This document shows positions 17,750-27,222 of a stretch of 59,757 nt of DNA, one piece after another (within the stretch, counting starts at the first letter, position 1; every line of letters begins with the position of its first letter). Origin of the DNA: Candidatus Melainabacteria bacterium 17Bon1m (GTDB lineage Bacteria > Cyanobacteriota > Vampirovibrionia > Obscuribacterales > Obscuribacteraceae); contig JAVLKG010000019.1 in assembly GCA_032128875.1 (NCBI GenBank), positions 1 through 59,757 of the forward strand, in the 5' to 3' direction. The position numbers were made by a program, and so were the translations under genes. The notes below the pieces were generated by a model. The model was not told the DNA's origin, did no database searches, and saw nothing but the letters and a program-made list of their open reading frames with translations.

Positions 17750-18901
17750 TCACGCCGTTTTCTCCGCCCCACCCTTCGCAGGCACAGTGACCCGCAGAGG
17801 AATCAGGTTGGAGCCTCCGTTGCGCGCATCCTGCCACGCCTTGAAAGCCGGGCAAGAGTCGCGGTAGTCGCAGTCGAAGCAGTGACCGCCGGTGGTCGCA
17901 TCAGCATCGCGCTCCGCCCGCGCTTCTTCCATCACTGGAATCTGCGCAAGGTAGTGCTCCAACGCTTCCGCTCCCAATTCGGGCTTGTACCAGAACTCGA
18001 ACCCGTTGGAATCGGGCTCGCGATCCGGCTGACCGAACTGCTTCCGGTAGTCCGCCTTCAACTTCTCCACATTGGCACGTTCTTCCTCAGACACTTCGCC
18101 GAGGAATTGCGCAGCCAGCCTAGAGGCCTGGTGGAAGTCCCGAGTCTGCTCGGCCACCATTGCGAAGAAGAACAACTGCGTACGCACACGCTCGTACTTG
18201 CGAATCTGCCTTTTGAGCTTCGACGCAAGCTTCTTCACCACGATGAGCGCTTCTTCCGTCTTCGCGACTTCCTTGACCAGCACTTCGCGCTGATAAGGCA
18301 GCTTCTTCTCTGCAGCAGCGCGTGCGCTACCTTCGAGAGTTGCTACCTCCGCTTCCAGTTTCGAAACGCGAGCCGCAACAGCGTCCCGGTTCTTCTCCAG
18401 TCGCGCAAGTTCCATGCGAGCGAACGACAGCTCCATCTTGGTCTTCCAGACCACCCAGTCAGGATTCAGTCCGCTCTTGCGGTCGGTGATGCGCAGGTAC
18501 TGGCGACCGAGGTCGTCCTGTCCCCACCCAATCTTGTCCGACTTCATGACGAACTCCCGGTCAGTACCAGGAACGCGCCAACGCTCGAGCTTTTCCTTCT
18601 CCTCACCGATGACCGGTTCTTCTTCCTCGTCCTGCTGGTCCGCAACCTTGATCTGCGACTCCATCATCTTCTTCGCTTCCGCGCGCTGCTCTTCCGGCAG
18701 ACGCTCGACATGCTTTTCGACGATGGCGGCGCGCTCGGCGACGTCCTCAACAGCAACGGCTTCGTGAGTCCCATCACCGACCACCTTCTGCAGTGACGGC
18801 TGAGACTTGCGGGTTCCGATGCTCCGATACAGATACCGCAGGTGGCACACGAGCCACGCCGCGAAATCCGATTCAGAAACTGTGAATGGCTTCTTATTCA
18901 T
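17750..18901 (-). CDS. PD-(D/E)XK nuclease, Cas4/AddB-like Fe-S type, with coiled-coil insertion
   Basis: S.S....WLVCHLRY, GDGTHE, KSDKI, ITDRKSG, QLFFFA, CFDCDYRDSC. Confidence 0.8.
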   Translation of the reverse strand: MNKKPFTVSESDFAAWLVCHLRYLYRSIGTRKSQPSLQKVVGDGTHEAVAVEDVAERAAIVEKHVERLPEEQRAEAKKMMESQIKVADQQDEEEEPVIGEEKEKLERWRVPGTDREFVMKSDKIGWGQDDLGRQYLRITDRKSGLNPDWVVWKTKMELSFARMELARLEKNRDAVAARVSKLEAEVATLEGSARAAAEKKLPYQREVLVKEVAKTEEALIVVKKLASKLKRQIRKYERVRTQLFFFAMVAEQTRDFHQASRLAAQFLGEVSEEERANVEKLKADYRKQFGQPDREPDSNGFEFWYKPELGAEALEHYLAQIPVMEEARAERDADATTGGHCFDCDYRDSCPAFKAWQDARNGGSNLIPLRVTVPAKGGAEKTA

Positions 18902-19088
18902 GGCTGGTTACCTCCTTTCGGTCTGTTTGGTTGTTGAAAACGAAGCCCGTCGCAGCACTTCGGAAGACCGGACCGAAGCTGTGTGCGGGAATCGTGGAAA
19001 CTCTTGTTGCATGGTCACGAGTTCGTCGAGCTTGGCTGTTACGCCACGCCGACATCTGATGACCAGCAATCGTGCTGAATGCATACAT
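18894..19088 (-). CDS. Small hypothetical protein, first ORF of cluster
   Basis: AAGGAGG 7 nt before ATG at 19088; stop overlaps nuclease start. Confidence 0.45.
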   Translation of the reverse strand: MYAFSTIAGHQMSAWRNSQARRTRDHATRVSTIPAHSFGPVFRSAATGFVFNNQTDRKEVTSHE

Positions 19089-19764
19089 GGCGTAACCTCC
19101 TTTCGTTTTTGGTTGAACAAAAACGTGCTCGACGAACATCGCCGAATCACGCGTATTTACTCTCCACTACACACACCGCTGTGCTAACCGTTGCCGTTGC
19201 TATTGCGCTGGCTTCAGTGAGTCGCGGATTGCCGTTTCGTCAGCGATGGTCTTGTCCTCAGCGCGAGCGCTGGAGAGAAAACTACCGATAGCCGAATGGC
19301 AATGAGGTTTTTGGGTTGGACGAACTCTTGTGTGATGTGGTGAAAAGAAACTATGAACTCAGCCTAATTAAACACGTGGTTGTCAAGCAATACCTGGTAA
19401 TGAACTTATGGGGGATCTGAATCTTTGCTAAAAACCTGGCCAAGCTGTTGATCAGATTTGAAGACCCTCACCAAATCAGGCTTCTGAAACTTGTTTTTAA
19501 GAGCTTATGTAGTCACGCGAGACTAAGACTTGATGTCGCGTAAGTGGGGCAAACCGCATTGTGAAATGGCAGTAATCTCTAGCGCGATTCTCGTGAGCCT
19601 TGTTTAATCTTCCTGTGTTCGACAGTTCATGATCTAATACCTGAAGAAACACCTCTTACGAGATCATGTAGCAATTACAAGAATCAAAAAAACGCGCGTC
19701 ATTTATTACGCGCGAGATTAGAGGCTATGCCAACTCGCGGGAGTTAATGGCAAGCTGATTCAGC

Positions 19765-20472
19765 TCAGTGTTTGGCAATCAGTCCTTCCGCAAAGTGACC
19801 GACGGTATATGTCAGCGCTAGCGCAAGGGCGCTCCAAATAGTAACCCGCGCTACTGCTGGGAAAATTGGAGCGCCGCCAACTTTAGCGGCCAATCCTCCC
19901 AAAAATGCAAGCAGGAGAAGAGCGCTAACGACAATCGCAGGTGTAAGCAGTTCATGAGGAGTAAGAATCGCGATAATCAGAGGCAATAACGCACCGGCAG
20001 AAAAACTGACCGCAGACGCCAATGCAGCCTGCAAGGGGTTGGCCTGACTCGACGGAGTAATCCCCAACTCATCGAGCGCATGTGCACCAAGCGCATCTTT
20101 CTCCATTAACTGGTCGGCGACCTGCTCGGCAAGCGCCTGGTCGAGTCCTCTGCGCATGTATATGCGAGCAAGCTCGAGCCGCTCGCCTCCCACGTTCTCA
20201 GCAAGCTCTCGCTTCTCTTCAGCAATCGCGGACTTTTCAGTGTCAGACTGCGAAGAGACCGAAACATACTCACCGGCAGCCATGGACATGGCACCAGCAA
20301 CCAAACCCGCCAAGCCCGAGATAAGAATGCTCGATTGCTCCGCGCCGGAAGCAGCAACACCCAGAAGGAGGCTGGCAGTAGAGACGATTCCGTCATTGGC
20401 GCCGAGGACAGCCGCACGCAGCCAGCCGATGCTCTGCATTTTATGAGTTTCGCTATGAGAACGCTTCGACAT
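19765..20472 (-). CDS. VIT1/CCC1 family Fe/Mn transporter
   Basis: WLRAAVLGANDGIVS, AGAMSMAAGEYVSVSSQ, ELG, NPLQAA. Confidence 0.95.
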   Translation of the reverse strand: MSKRSHSETHKMQSIGWLRAAVLGANDGIVSTASLLLGVAASGAEQSSILISGLAGLVAGAMSMAAGEYVSVSSQSDTEKSAIAEEKRELAENVGGERLELARIYMRRGLDQALAEQVADQLMEKDALGAHALDELGITPSSQANPLQAALASAVSFSAGALLPLIIAILTPHELLTPAIVVSALLLLAFLGGLAAKVGGAPIFPAVARVTIWSALALALTYTVGHFAEGLIAKH

Positions 20473-20650
20473 TCGCCTCTTTTTCTACGCTTTTTCTTTT
20501 TCCAGAACACTCGGACTTTCCCGAAATCAGCATGCCTCAAGATTTTACTGTGGAAACATCAGTGGACGACTGCGATGTTATCTTGGGCAGGCGGAATAGT
20601 TTGCGGCGGCACTGTAGTCGAGCTCTTAACGAGGGTAAAGTCCGGTAGAG

Positions 20651-21505
20651 CTAAAGAAAAAAGTCCAGAATCGCCTGACTCGCATTGAGTTGGCGGCTGG
20701 TTGTGCCGATGTAGCGCTCACGATAATATTGCCAGCCCATCGGCCAAGCGTGCCCTCCGCCTTCGACTATATAGGCAGCGACAGGCTTTCCATTATTCGA
20801 CGGAACATACACACGCTTCAAAACACGAGTGGGATCATCTGGTTCCAGAACAGGCAATTCAAGCTCAATGCAATGGGGATCGGCATGATTAGCGGACACC
20901 CAATAGTTCAAACTTTCTTCCGCCGATACCACAAGTCCTGCTTTCCGTCGGGCAAGTTCGATTTCTCCGCCGGCAAACGGTATGACAGGGTCGTCTTTGC
21001 CCAGGATAAAGACGATGGGCACGGGCTCAGGCACGAGCATGTTCTTATACATCGGTTCGTGAACCGTTGCGGCAACTGAGCCGACACCGGCTAAAAGACC
21101 TGGCGCACGCACCGCCAAGTATTGCGCAAAAAAACCGCCGTTGGAGATGCCGCACGCGAAAACCCGCTTCCTGTCTATCGGATACGATTGGCAGAGGTTA
21201 TCGATGAGTTTAATCAAGAACTCTACGTCATCAATTTCTCTTCTGCCAGGACGATCTCTGCCGTCGTTCCAAGCCCGATTTAATCCTTCGGGATATGCGA
21301 CGAAAAAGTTCTGCTCCTTCGCAAGTGAAATGAAACCGGTCAGTTTTTCCATCTGTTCCGGCTGACCAGAACCCCCATGGAAAGCAATTAGCAGAGGTTT
21401 CTCAGTCTCTAATGTGTTTTCGGCGCCTTCGTAAAACAACGTTCGCCGCTTGCGCGAAGAACATTCCAACTCAATATTTATCCAGGGGACGCCAGTTGAA
21501 GACAT
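20651..21505 (-). CDS. LpqC/PHB-depolymerase-family esterase
   Basis: IAFHGG, VAYPEG, DDVEF, GISNGG, GKDDP, GGGHAWP. Confidence 0.88.
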   Translation of the reverse strand: MSSTGVPWINIELECSSRKRRTLFYEGAENTLETEKPLLIAFHGGSGQPEQMEKLTGFISLAKEQNFFVAYPEGLNRAWNDGRDRPGRREIDDVEFLIKLIDNLCQSYPIDRKRVFACGISNGGFFAQYLAVRAPGLLAGVGSVAATVHEPMYKNMLVPEPVPIVFILGKDDPVIPFAGGEIELARRKAGLVVSAEESLNYWVSANHADPHCIELELPVLEPDDPTRVLKRVYVPSNNGKPVAAYIVEGGGHAWPMGWQYYRERYIGTTSRQLNASQAILDFFL

Positions 21506-21585
21506 CAAAATCTCGCTCGAGGTAGATCGAGTTTTCTTGCGCTTTGATCAAGCATTCGTATTGGCGACATCAGGCTTTCGTGAGA

Positions 21586-22230
21586 CTAGATGCTCACACC
21601 CATATCGCTCAAAGCTTTGATGATGTAGAAGTAAATGTCGCTGCCGTAGTTGATTGCGATGTATGTTCCAACGATCGCGGCAACTGCGTAAATGACTAAT
21701 TGCTGGACTGTCTTAGCACCGGAAAGGTCCAGCTGGCGGGCTTTACTCTTTACGTCTTCTACTGTCGTAGCTGGCGCACCTGTTGCGTCTTCAGAGCGAT
21801 CTGTTCTGATGTCGATGCGTCCGATCGGCGTATGCTCTACCTTTTGCGCAAGTGACTCCGGATTTGCATCGAGCAAATCATCAACGGATTCGGGCAAATT
21901 CGGCAAGCGATCGATAACCTTTTCGCCTTTGATCCACAAACTCTGATTGACCTCGGGGACATACGTGCGACCGGGATCGAGGATGGCGTAGTTGCCCTTG
22001 CGCACTTCCAGAAGTTTTTTCACCGCCGCATAACCGGTCTCACCAGATTCCGCGACTTGACCGCCAAGGATATATCCACCTTGCGAAAAGGCGACTCTGC
22101 CTTGCAAGTCGGAGTCCGCACAGGTTACCCGCAGTATTGCGTGCTGCACCGCTTTCAGGTCGATGACAGTCTGAATGACTTCATCAATTCCCTCTTCCGG
22201 CGTGATTTTTCCTTCAACAATTACGTCCAC
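21586..22230 (-). CDS. DUF4388/PatA-N-like domain protein with C-terminal TM
   Basis: ILRV...QGRVAFSQGGYI...TGYAAVKKLL...GNY pattern; hydrophobic C-terminus. Confidence 0.6.
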   Translation of the reverse strand: MDVIVEGKITPEEGIDEVIQTVIDLKAVQHAILRVTCADSDLQGRVAFSQGGYILGGQVAESGETGYAAVKKLLEVRKGNYAILDPGRTYVPEVNQSLWIKGEKVIDRLPNLPESVDDLLDANPESLAQKVEHTPIGRIDIRTDRSEDATGAPATTVEDVKSKARQLDLSGAKTVQQLVIYAVAAIVGTYIAINYGSDIYFYIIKALSDMGVSI

Positions 22231-22418
22231 GTCAACCTCTGGCTATAAGACAAAAATAACTGAGATCAGTTGCCACGAGTCTATCAGATTACAGCCCCCG
22301 TGGTGGTTTCCATATAGTTCATTGCCAATTCCCAGCTACTTACAACGCCAGTGTTTCGATTGGTTTTCAGTCTGGCCGAAACCTGAAAATGCCTTTGCCA
22401 ATGGGTTAGAATCCTGGC

Positions 22419-23546
22419 ATGAAAAGGCGCGTGATGTGTGTGTTTGGAACGCGTCCGGAGGCTGTCAAGCTTGCTCCGGTCGTCCATGCTTTGCGCAAAT
22501 CAGAATTTTTAGAGCCAATTGTCACTCTAACAGCGCAACATCGAGAGATGCTCGACCAGATGTTGAAGTGGTTCGGAATTACTGCTGACCACGATTTGAA
22601 CTTGATGAAGCATGGGCAAACTCTTGCCGAATTGACTTCACGGGTTATCAAGTCGATGGATGAAGTACTTGAGGAGTCGAAGCCGGATCTACTTCTGGTA
22701 CAGGGCGATACGGTCACGGTAATGGCTGCATCACTGGCGGCTTTCTACAAGAAGATCCCTGTAGGCCACGTTGAAGCGGGGCTGCGTACGGAAGACCGGT
22801 ACAACCCATTTCCGGAAGAGATGTCCAGACGCCTGACAGGGCGCCTCGCCAGCTTGCACTTCGCGCCTACACCGTTAGCGGTGGAGAATTTGAAGAAGGA
22901 AAACATTGTCGACAACGTATACCTGACCGGTAATACGGTTATCGACGCTTTGCTAGATACTTCGTCCCGGCTGGATGAGTCGAAAGTCGATCACAGCCTC
23001 TTTGCAAATGTCGATTTCGAGCGCTACAGAGTTCTGCTAGTTACTGCGCACAGGCGCGAGAATTGGGGCGACAGCATGTCCGAGATTGCGCGCGCTCTGA
23101 GAGTGATTGCAGAAGAGTTTCCAGACGTCCAGATTTTCTATCCGATCCACAAAAACCCTGTTGTTCGCAATTCGATCGAGCCTGTTTTTGCGGGGCATGA
23201 GCGCCTCATCTGCGTCGAGCCCCTGGACTATGTTCCGTTCGTATATGCGATGCGCAAGTGCAATTTCGTACTGACCGACTCTGGCGGTATTCAGGAAGAA
23301 GCACCATCTCTTGGAAAACCTGTTCTGGTTATGCGCACCAATACCGAGCGCCCCGAAGCGGTCAGCGCCGGAGCTGCAAAACTGGTCGGCGTTGAACAAG
23401 AAGGCATAGTAAGTGCAGCCCGTGAGCTTTTGACGACACCTGACAGCTACAAGCGAATGGCAACAGCTGTCAATCCGTTTGGAGACGGACAAGCCTCCAA
23501 GCGCATCGTTGAGGCAGTTGAAGAATTCTTCGGTTATCGCAAGTAA
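22419..23546 (+). CDS. wecB: UDP-N-acetylglucosamine 2-epimerase (non-hydrolysing)
   Basis: FGTRPEAVK, VQGDT, GHVEAGLR, PFPEE, TAHRREN, TDSGGIQEEAP, TERPE. Confidence 0.97.
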   Translation: MKRRVMCVFGTRPEAVKLAPVVHALRKSEFLEPIVTLTAQHREMLDQMLKWFGITADHDLNLMKHGQTLAELTSRVIKSMDEVLEESKPDLLLVQGDTVTVMAASLAAFYKKIPVGHVEAGLRTEDRYNPFPEEMSRRLTGRLASLHFAPTPLAVENLKKENIVDNVYLTGNTVIDALLDTSSRLDESKVDHSLFANVDFERYRVLLVTAHRRENWGDSMSEIARALRVIAEEFPDVQIFYPIHKNPVVRNSIEPVFAGHERLICVEPLDYVPFVYAMRKCNFVLTDSGGIQEEAPSLGKPVLVMRTNTERPEAVSAGAAKLVGVEQEGIVSAARELLTTPDSYKRMATAVNPFGDGQASKRIVEAVEEFFGYRK

Positions 23547-23731
23547 TCAAGACAGTAGTGAAAAATTAGTAAATCCTGGCAGTTTCGCGTCATTACACGA
23601 TAGGATCTGGGCATCCCTTTTACGCTGCTGCATTTTTACGCTGCTTTGTTTCGGCGTTATCGCGTAAAGGCTCTGCAAATCGCTTGTAGCTGTTGACGAG
23701 CGCCATTTGCACTAATTCAAGGAGAACCGCC

Positions 23732-24907
23732 GTGACCGCGACCCTCAACTCCTCCGATGTTTTGCCATACGGAGAGTTCTTAGACCAAGAACATCACGAC
23801 ATTCGCGAAGCCATCAGAACTTTTGCGACCGAGAAAATCGCTCCCAAAGCACAAGAAGTCGACAAGAATGCACGCTTCCCAGCCGAGACATTTGCAGAGC
23901 TAGGCAAACTTGGTTACCTCGGCGTTCTCGTTCCTGAAGAGTACGAAGGTCTCGGACTGGACTATAGAAGCTACGCTATTGCTTGCGAAGAAATTGGTCG
24001 CGCCTGCGGTTCAACCGGTTTGAGTTATGCAGCTCACTGCTCTCTTGGCACAAACCCAATCAAACTCTTCGGCACAGACGAACAGAAGAAGAAATACTTG
24101 CCAAAACTCGCTTCCGGCGAATGGATCGGATGCTGGGCATTGACCGAACCAGGTACAGGCTCTGATGCAGCAATGCAAAAGACAACCGCCAAACTGGAGG
24201 GTGATCACTGGGTTTTGAACGGCACCAAGCAGTTCATCACCAACGCCACTGATGCACATGTGGGCATCATCATGGCAATGACCGACCAAAGCCTCGGACG
24301 CAAAGGCATTTCGTCCTTCATCGTTGAGCAGGGCACACCCGGATATTACGTCAGCAAGGTCGAGAAGAAGATGGGCATGCGCGGCTCGCCGACTGCCAGC
24401 ATCACTTTCGACAACTGCAAAATCCCGAAAGAAAACCTGATCGGTGAAGTCGGCGAAGGCTATAAGCAAGCGCTTACAACACTCGAAGGCGGACGCATCT
24501 CAATCGGTTCGCTCGCTCTGGGTATCGCCCAAGCAGCTTTCGATTCGGCTTTGACCTATGCAAAACAAAGAGAGTCGTTCGGTCAGCCCATCGGCAAACA
24601 CCAATTCATCCAGGGCTACCTGGCAGACATGGCAACGCAGATTCATGCAGCCCGTTTGATGCTGTACCATGCGGCTTGGATGAAGGACCACGGTAAGCGC
24701 GTCACTATGGAAGGCTCGCAAGCTAAGCTATTCGCTTCAGAAATCGCCAGCAAGTGCTGCAACCTCTGCGTGCAAATTCACGGCGGATACGGCTATATCG
24801 AGGATTTCCCGGCGGAGCGTTTCCTCAGAGACGCAAAGCTTTGCGAAATTGGCGAAGGCACCTCCGAAATTCAACGCCTCGTCATCGCCAGACAGCTCGG
24901 ACTCTAA
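23732..24907 (+). CDS. Acyl-CoA dehydrogenase
   Basis: [54 protein letters not shown] before GTG. Confidence 0.96.
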   Translation: MTATLNSSDVLPYGEFLDQEHHDIREAIRTFATEKIAPKAQEVDKNARFPAETFAELGKLGYLGVLVPEEYEGLGLDYRSYAIACEEIGRACGSTGLSYAAHCSLGTNPIKLFGTDEQKKKYLPKLASGEWIGCWALTEPGTGSDAAMQKTTAKLEGDHWVLNGTKQFITNATDAHVGIIMAMTDQSLGRKGISSFIVEQGTPGYYVSKVEKKMGMRGSPTASITFDNCKIPKENLIGEVGEGYKQALTTLEGGRISIGSLALGIAQAAFDSALTYAKQRESFGQPIGKHQFIQGYLADMATQIHAARLMLYHAAWMKDHGKRVTMEGSQAKLFASEIASKCCNLCVQIHGGYGYIEDFPAERFLRDAKLCEIGEGTSEIQRLVIARQLGL

Positions 24908-24950
24908 TCCTGGAGCTGGCGAAAAACAGCGCGAGAGCGACAAGACATCA

Positions 24951-24980
24951 AAGGGTGGGATGCATTCCCGCCCTTTCTGT
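24951..24980 (+). terminator. Putative intrinsic terminator
   Basis: aagggtggga-tgca-ttcccgcccttt hairpin followed by T-rich run. Confidence 0.55.
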
Positions 24981-25266
24981 TTGCGATTTCGCGCGGGTTT
25001 TCGATGGAATGAAATTGAAAGAAATGCACTACTAGCACTGCACAAATCGTCTGCCGTCGCTGGCGCATGCCGGCGCGCACTAATGCACAGCGAAAGCGTG
25101 ATGATGCGGGAATCTAGAAAGTTGCGTGATGTTAATTGCGAAACGGCGAGTCATGCACTTACCGTAAAGACCTATCATTCGCAATTTCATCTCGGAGAGG
25201 AAACAACACACAGACAAATCCAAAGGTCAGTTCCACACACTCTCGCTTTCTAAAAGGAAAGGCAGG

Positions 25267-25773
25267 ATGTCACCGGCTATCTACGACGAGAATTACGGAA
25301 TCTTCTTCGACAGCGAGGAGGAAAAACAGCGAGCACGAATAGAAGGTGTCGCACGTTGGCGCAACACTATGCTGACGATGCAAAACATCGAACACCTTCT
25401 TCAATTCACAAATTACGTCGTTCAGATGCAACGCCCCGAGGAAGACGAACTCTACGAGCGCTGGCGCGACAAGGCTGATTGGACGTTCCAAGAAAAGAGC
25501 TGGACTCTCGATGTAGGCTCGGTTTCGCTCAAACCTGTTGAGGGCAGGTTGCGATTCGCTTTGATCAATGGAAAAACCGTTCTCTTTTGTTCTTCGAGTG
25601 AAGGAGCACTCGGAGCGTACGTGTTAAACCTTTGGCTTCGCTCGCACTGCAATCATTCAACAGCTGATGGGCAGCGGGCGTACTGCAGCACGGATAACTT
25701 TCAACATTGCATGGAGCAGCTTGCAATGCAGCCGGAAAGCAGCGACAAGTCGGCTGCAAAAGAAAGGATTTAG
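25267..25773 (+). CDS. Hypothetical protein, paralog of next gene
   Basis: Shares INGKxVLF, WLxSxCN and NF motifs with 25777..26247. Confidence 0.75.
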   Translation: MSPAIYDENYGIFFDSEEEKQRARIEGVARWRNTMLTMQNIEHLLQFTNYVVQMQRPEEDELYERWRDKADWTFQEKSWTLDVGSVSLKPVEGRLRFALINGKTVLFCSSSEGALGAYVLNLWLRSHCNHSTADGQRAYCSTDNFQHCMEQLAMQPESSDKSAAKERI

Positions 25774-25776
25774 ACA

Positions 25777-26247
25777 TTGGACAGCATTACCACTCCCGAG
25801 CCGACCAGTGCGACAACCCGCTACAGCAGCGGACTCGAAGCGAGCGGCTCGCCGTTCGCGGCACGAACAATCGCCCAGCAGGCAGAACGCGCCTTGATTC
25901 GGTGGCTGCTCGACGACACGGTCTACGTGGTGGAAGCTGACGAGTACGCACAGCATCAACTCTACACAAGCTTCCGCAGCGAGATCGACTGGGACTTCGA
26001 ACCACGATGCTTCACCGTCAACATCGGCACTTTCGCCGACGCGCCGGTGACGTTGCGGCTGCTCTTCAGCAAGATCAACGGCAAGCGCGTTTTGTTCTAC
26101 ACCCCGTCGAGCCGCGTGGTCAACCACGACATGGTGGATAAGTGGCTGCTGAGCTACTGCAACCCCACGCGCTCCGGCGGCTTGCAGCGCGCTCACGCGA
26201 ATGCTATGAATTTCCACCAGGTGATCGACTTCTGCCGCCGGTCCTGA
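25777..26247 (+). CDS. Hypothetical protein, paralog of previous gene
   Basis: IGTFADAPVTLRLLFSKINGKRVLFY.PSSRVV...ANAMNFH. Confidence 0.75.
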   Translation: MDSITTPEPTSATTRYSSGLEASGSPFAARTIAQQAERALIRWLLDDTVYVVEADEYAQHQLYTSFRSEIDWDFEPRCFTVNIGTFADAPVTLRLLFSKINGKRVLFYTPSSRVVNHDMVDKWLLSYCNPTRSGGLQRAHANAMNFHQVIDFCRRS

Positions 26248-26266
26248 CGAGAAACATAGTTTGAGC

Positions 26267-26306
26267 GAAAGAAGGGCTGCTGCACCGGCAGCTCTTCTTT
26301 TCTTCA
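26267..26306 (+). terminator. Putative intrinsic terminator
   Basis: gaaagaagggctgc...gcagctcttcttttc hairpin after 26247. Confidence 0.55.
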
Positions 26307-26412
26307 AATTTGCTCGCACCTTACTATTTGTTATAAGATAGCGCTTTCGTGGAAAGCGGCTTAAGCGTGCTGCGCATTTCGAACGCGTGTAGAATGGCAA
26401 AGCAGGGAAAAA

Positions 26413-27180
26413 ATGATGCTATCTATAAGAAATCTGCTGACACTCTCGCTTATCTCGACTGGCATTTTTTCTACTGGTCCAGTTCGTTCCCTAGAACTAA
26501 AAGAAGCATGTGCCGGCGCAGATCTGCCAACCAATTTTTCTGCCTACCGTAAAAATATGCTCGACCGTTTCGAAGATAATTTGCCGCTAAACACTCCAGT
26601 CCCGAAAGAACCAGTTATTCGGTTTTTCCTCACAAATGATGGCTTTATCAGGGATCTATCACTACAAAAATCATCGGGACGGCGCGCCACAGATCTGGCT
26701 TGCATAGATGCGATCCTTTGTTCGTCGCCGCTGCCGCCCCCACCTCTTTTGCGTACTGCACTACCACCACCTCCACTAAACGAACTTCTCCCGCCGGACT
26801 CGTACGGCTGGGGCATTTATAAATTCTCCTTTGAAAAAAGAAAGGCTGCAAAGATGGTTCGGGTCTATACCAACGCTGATGGTAAGGTCCGATCAATGAA
26901 AGTGCTTGAGGGAGACAACGCAGCAAAGTTTCACTTCAAAATAATTCCTAATGAGGTTCAATACCGTTATCCTGGACTTTTTACTTCGAAGGAACTCAGT
27001 TCCACATCAAACTTGTTTCCCATTAAGACACCTACGGCAAGCCATCTCGAAGATGCCCGCTTTCAGTGGGCAGTTTTTTACAAGAATCATCCAAGTGCGT
27101 CGAAAGAAGAGGTGACGAGAAGAGGGCGTGAAATCATAGAGCACTACTTCCCTGTCAAGAAAACTACGGCTTCTCAATGA
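26413..27180 (+). CDS. Exported TonB C-terminal-like domain protein
   Basis: Signal-like N-terminus; F.L..DG.I.DLSLQKSSG..ATDLACIDAI..SSPLPPPP. Confidence 0.7.
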   Translation: MMLSIRNLLTLSLISTGIFSTGPVRSLELKEACAGADLPTNFSAYRKNMLDRFEDNLPLNTPVPKEPVIRFFLTNDGFIRDLSLQKSSGRRATDLACIDAILCSSPLPPPPLLRTALPPPPLNELLPPDSYGWGIYKFSFEKRKAAKMVRVYTNADGKVRSMKVLEGDNAAKFHFKIIPNEVQYRYPGLFTSKELSSTSNLFPIKTPTASHLEDARFQWAVFYKNHPSASKEEVTRRGREIIEHYFPVKKTTASQ

Positions 27181-27222
27181 GAGTCAAACTGCTGTCAGGA
27201 TGAAGAGAAATGGCCCAGGCTC

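Larger units (their letters stand above)
1793..19088 (-). other. GC-rich co-oriented accessory gene cluster (about 24 genes, phage-like/conflict content)
   Basis: All credible ORFs on minus strand with SD-like motifs; sampled line 6001-6060 is 63% GC vs 45% for 1201-1260; no integrase or structural genes seen. Confidence 0.7.

Noticed and set aside
17750-18901. CRISPR-associated cas4 locus
   Set aside because: No cas1/cas2 and no repeat-spacer array in the window; the 42-bp repeat has no spacers
1793-19088. Intact prophage
   Set aside because: No integrase, terminase, portal, capsid, tail or att repeats recognised
19220-19265. Hammerhead ribozyme (CUGAGGA...GAAA on minus strand)
   Set aside because: Stem II closing pair and the UH cleavage site are missing
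19350-19386. Sigma70 promoter for the cluster (TTGACA on minus strand)
   Set aside because: No acceptable -10 element at 16-18 bp spacing
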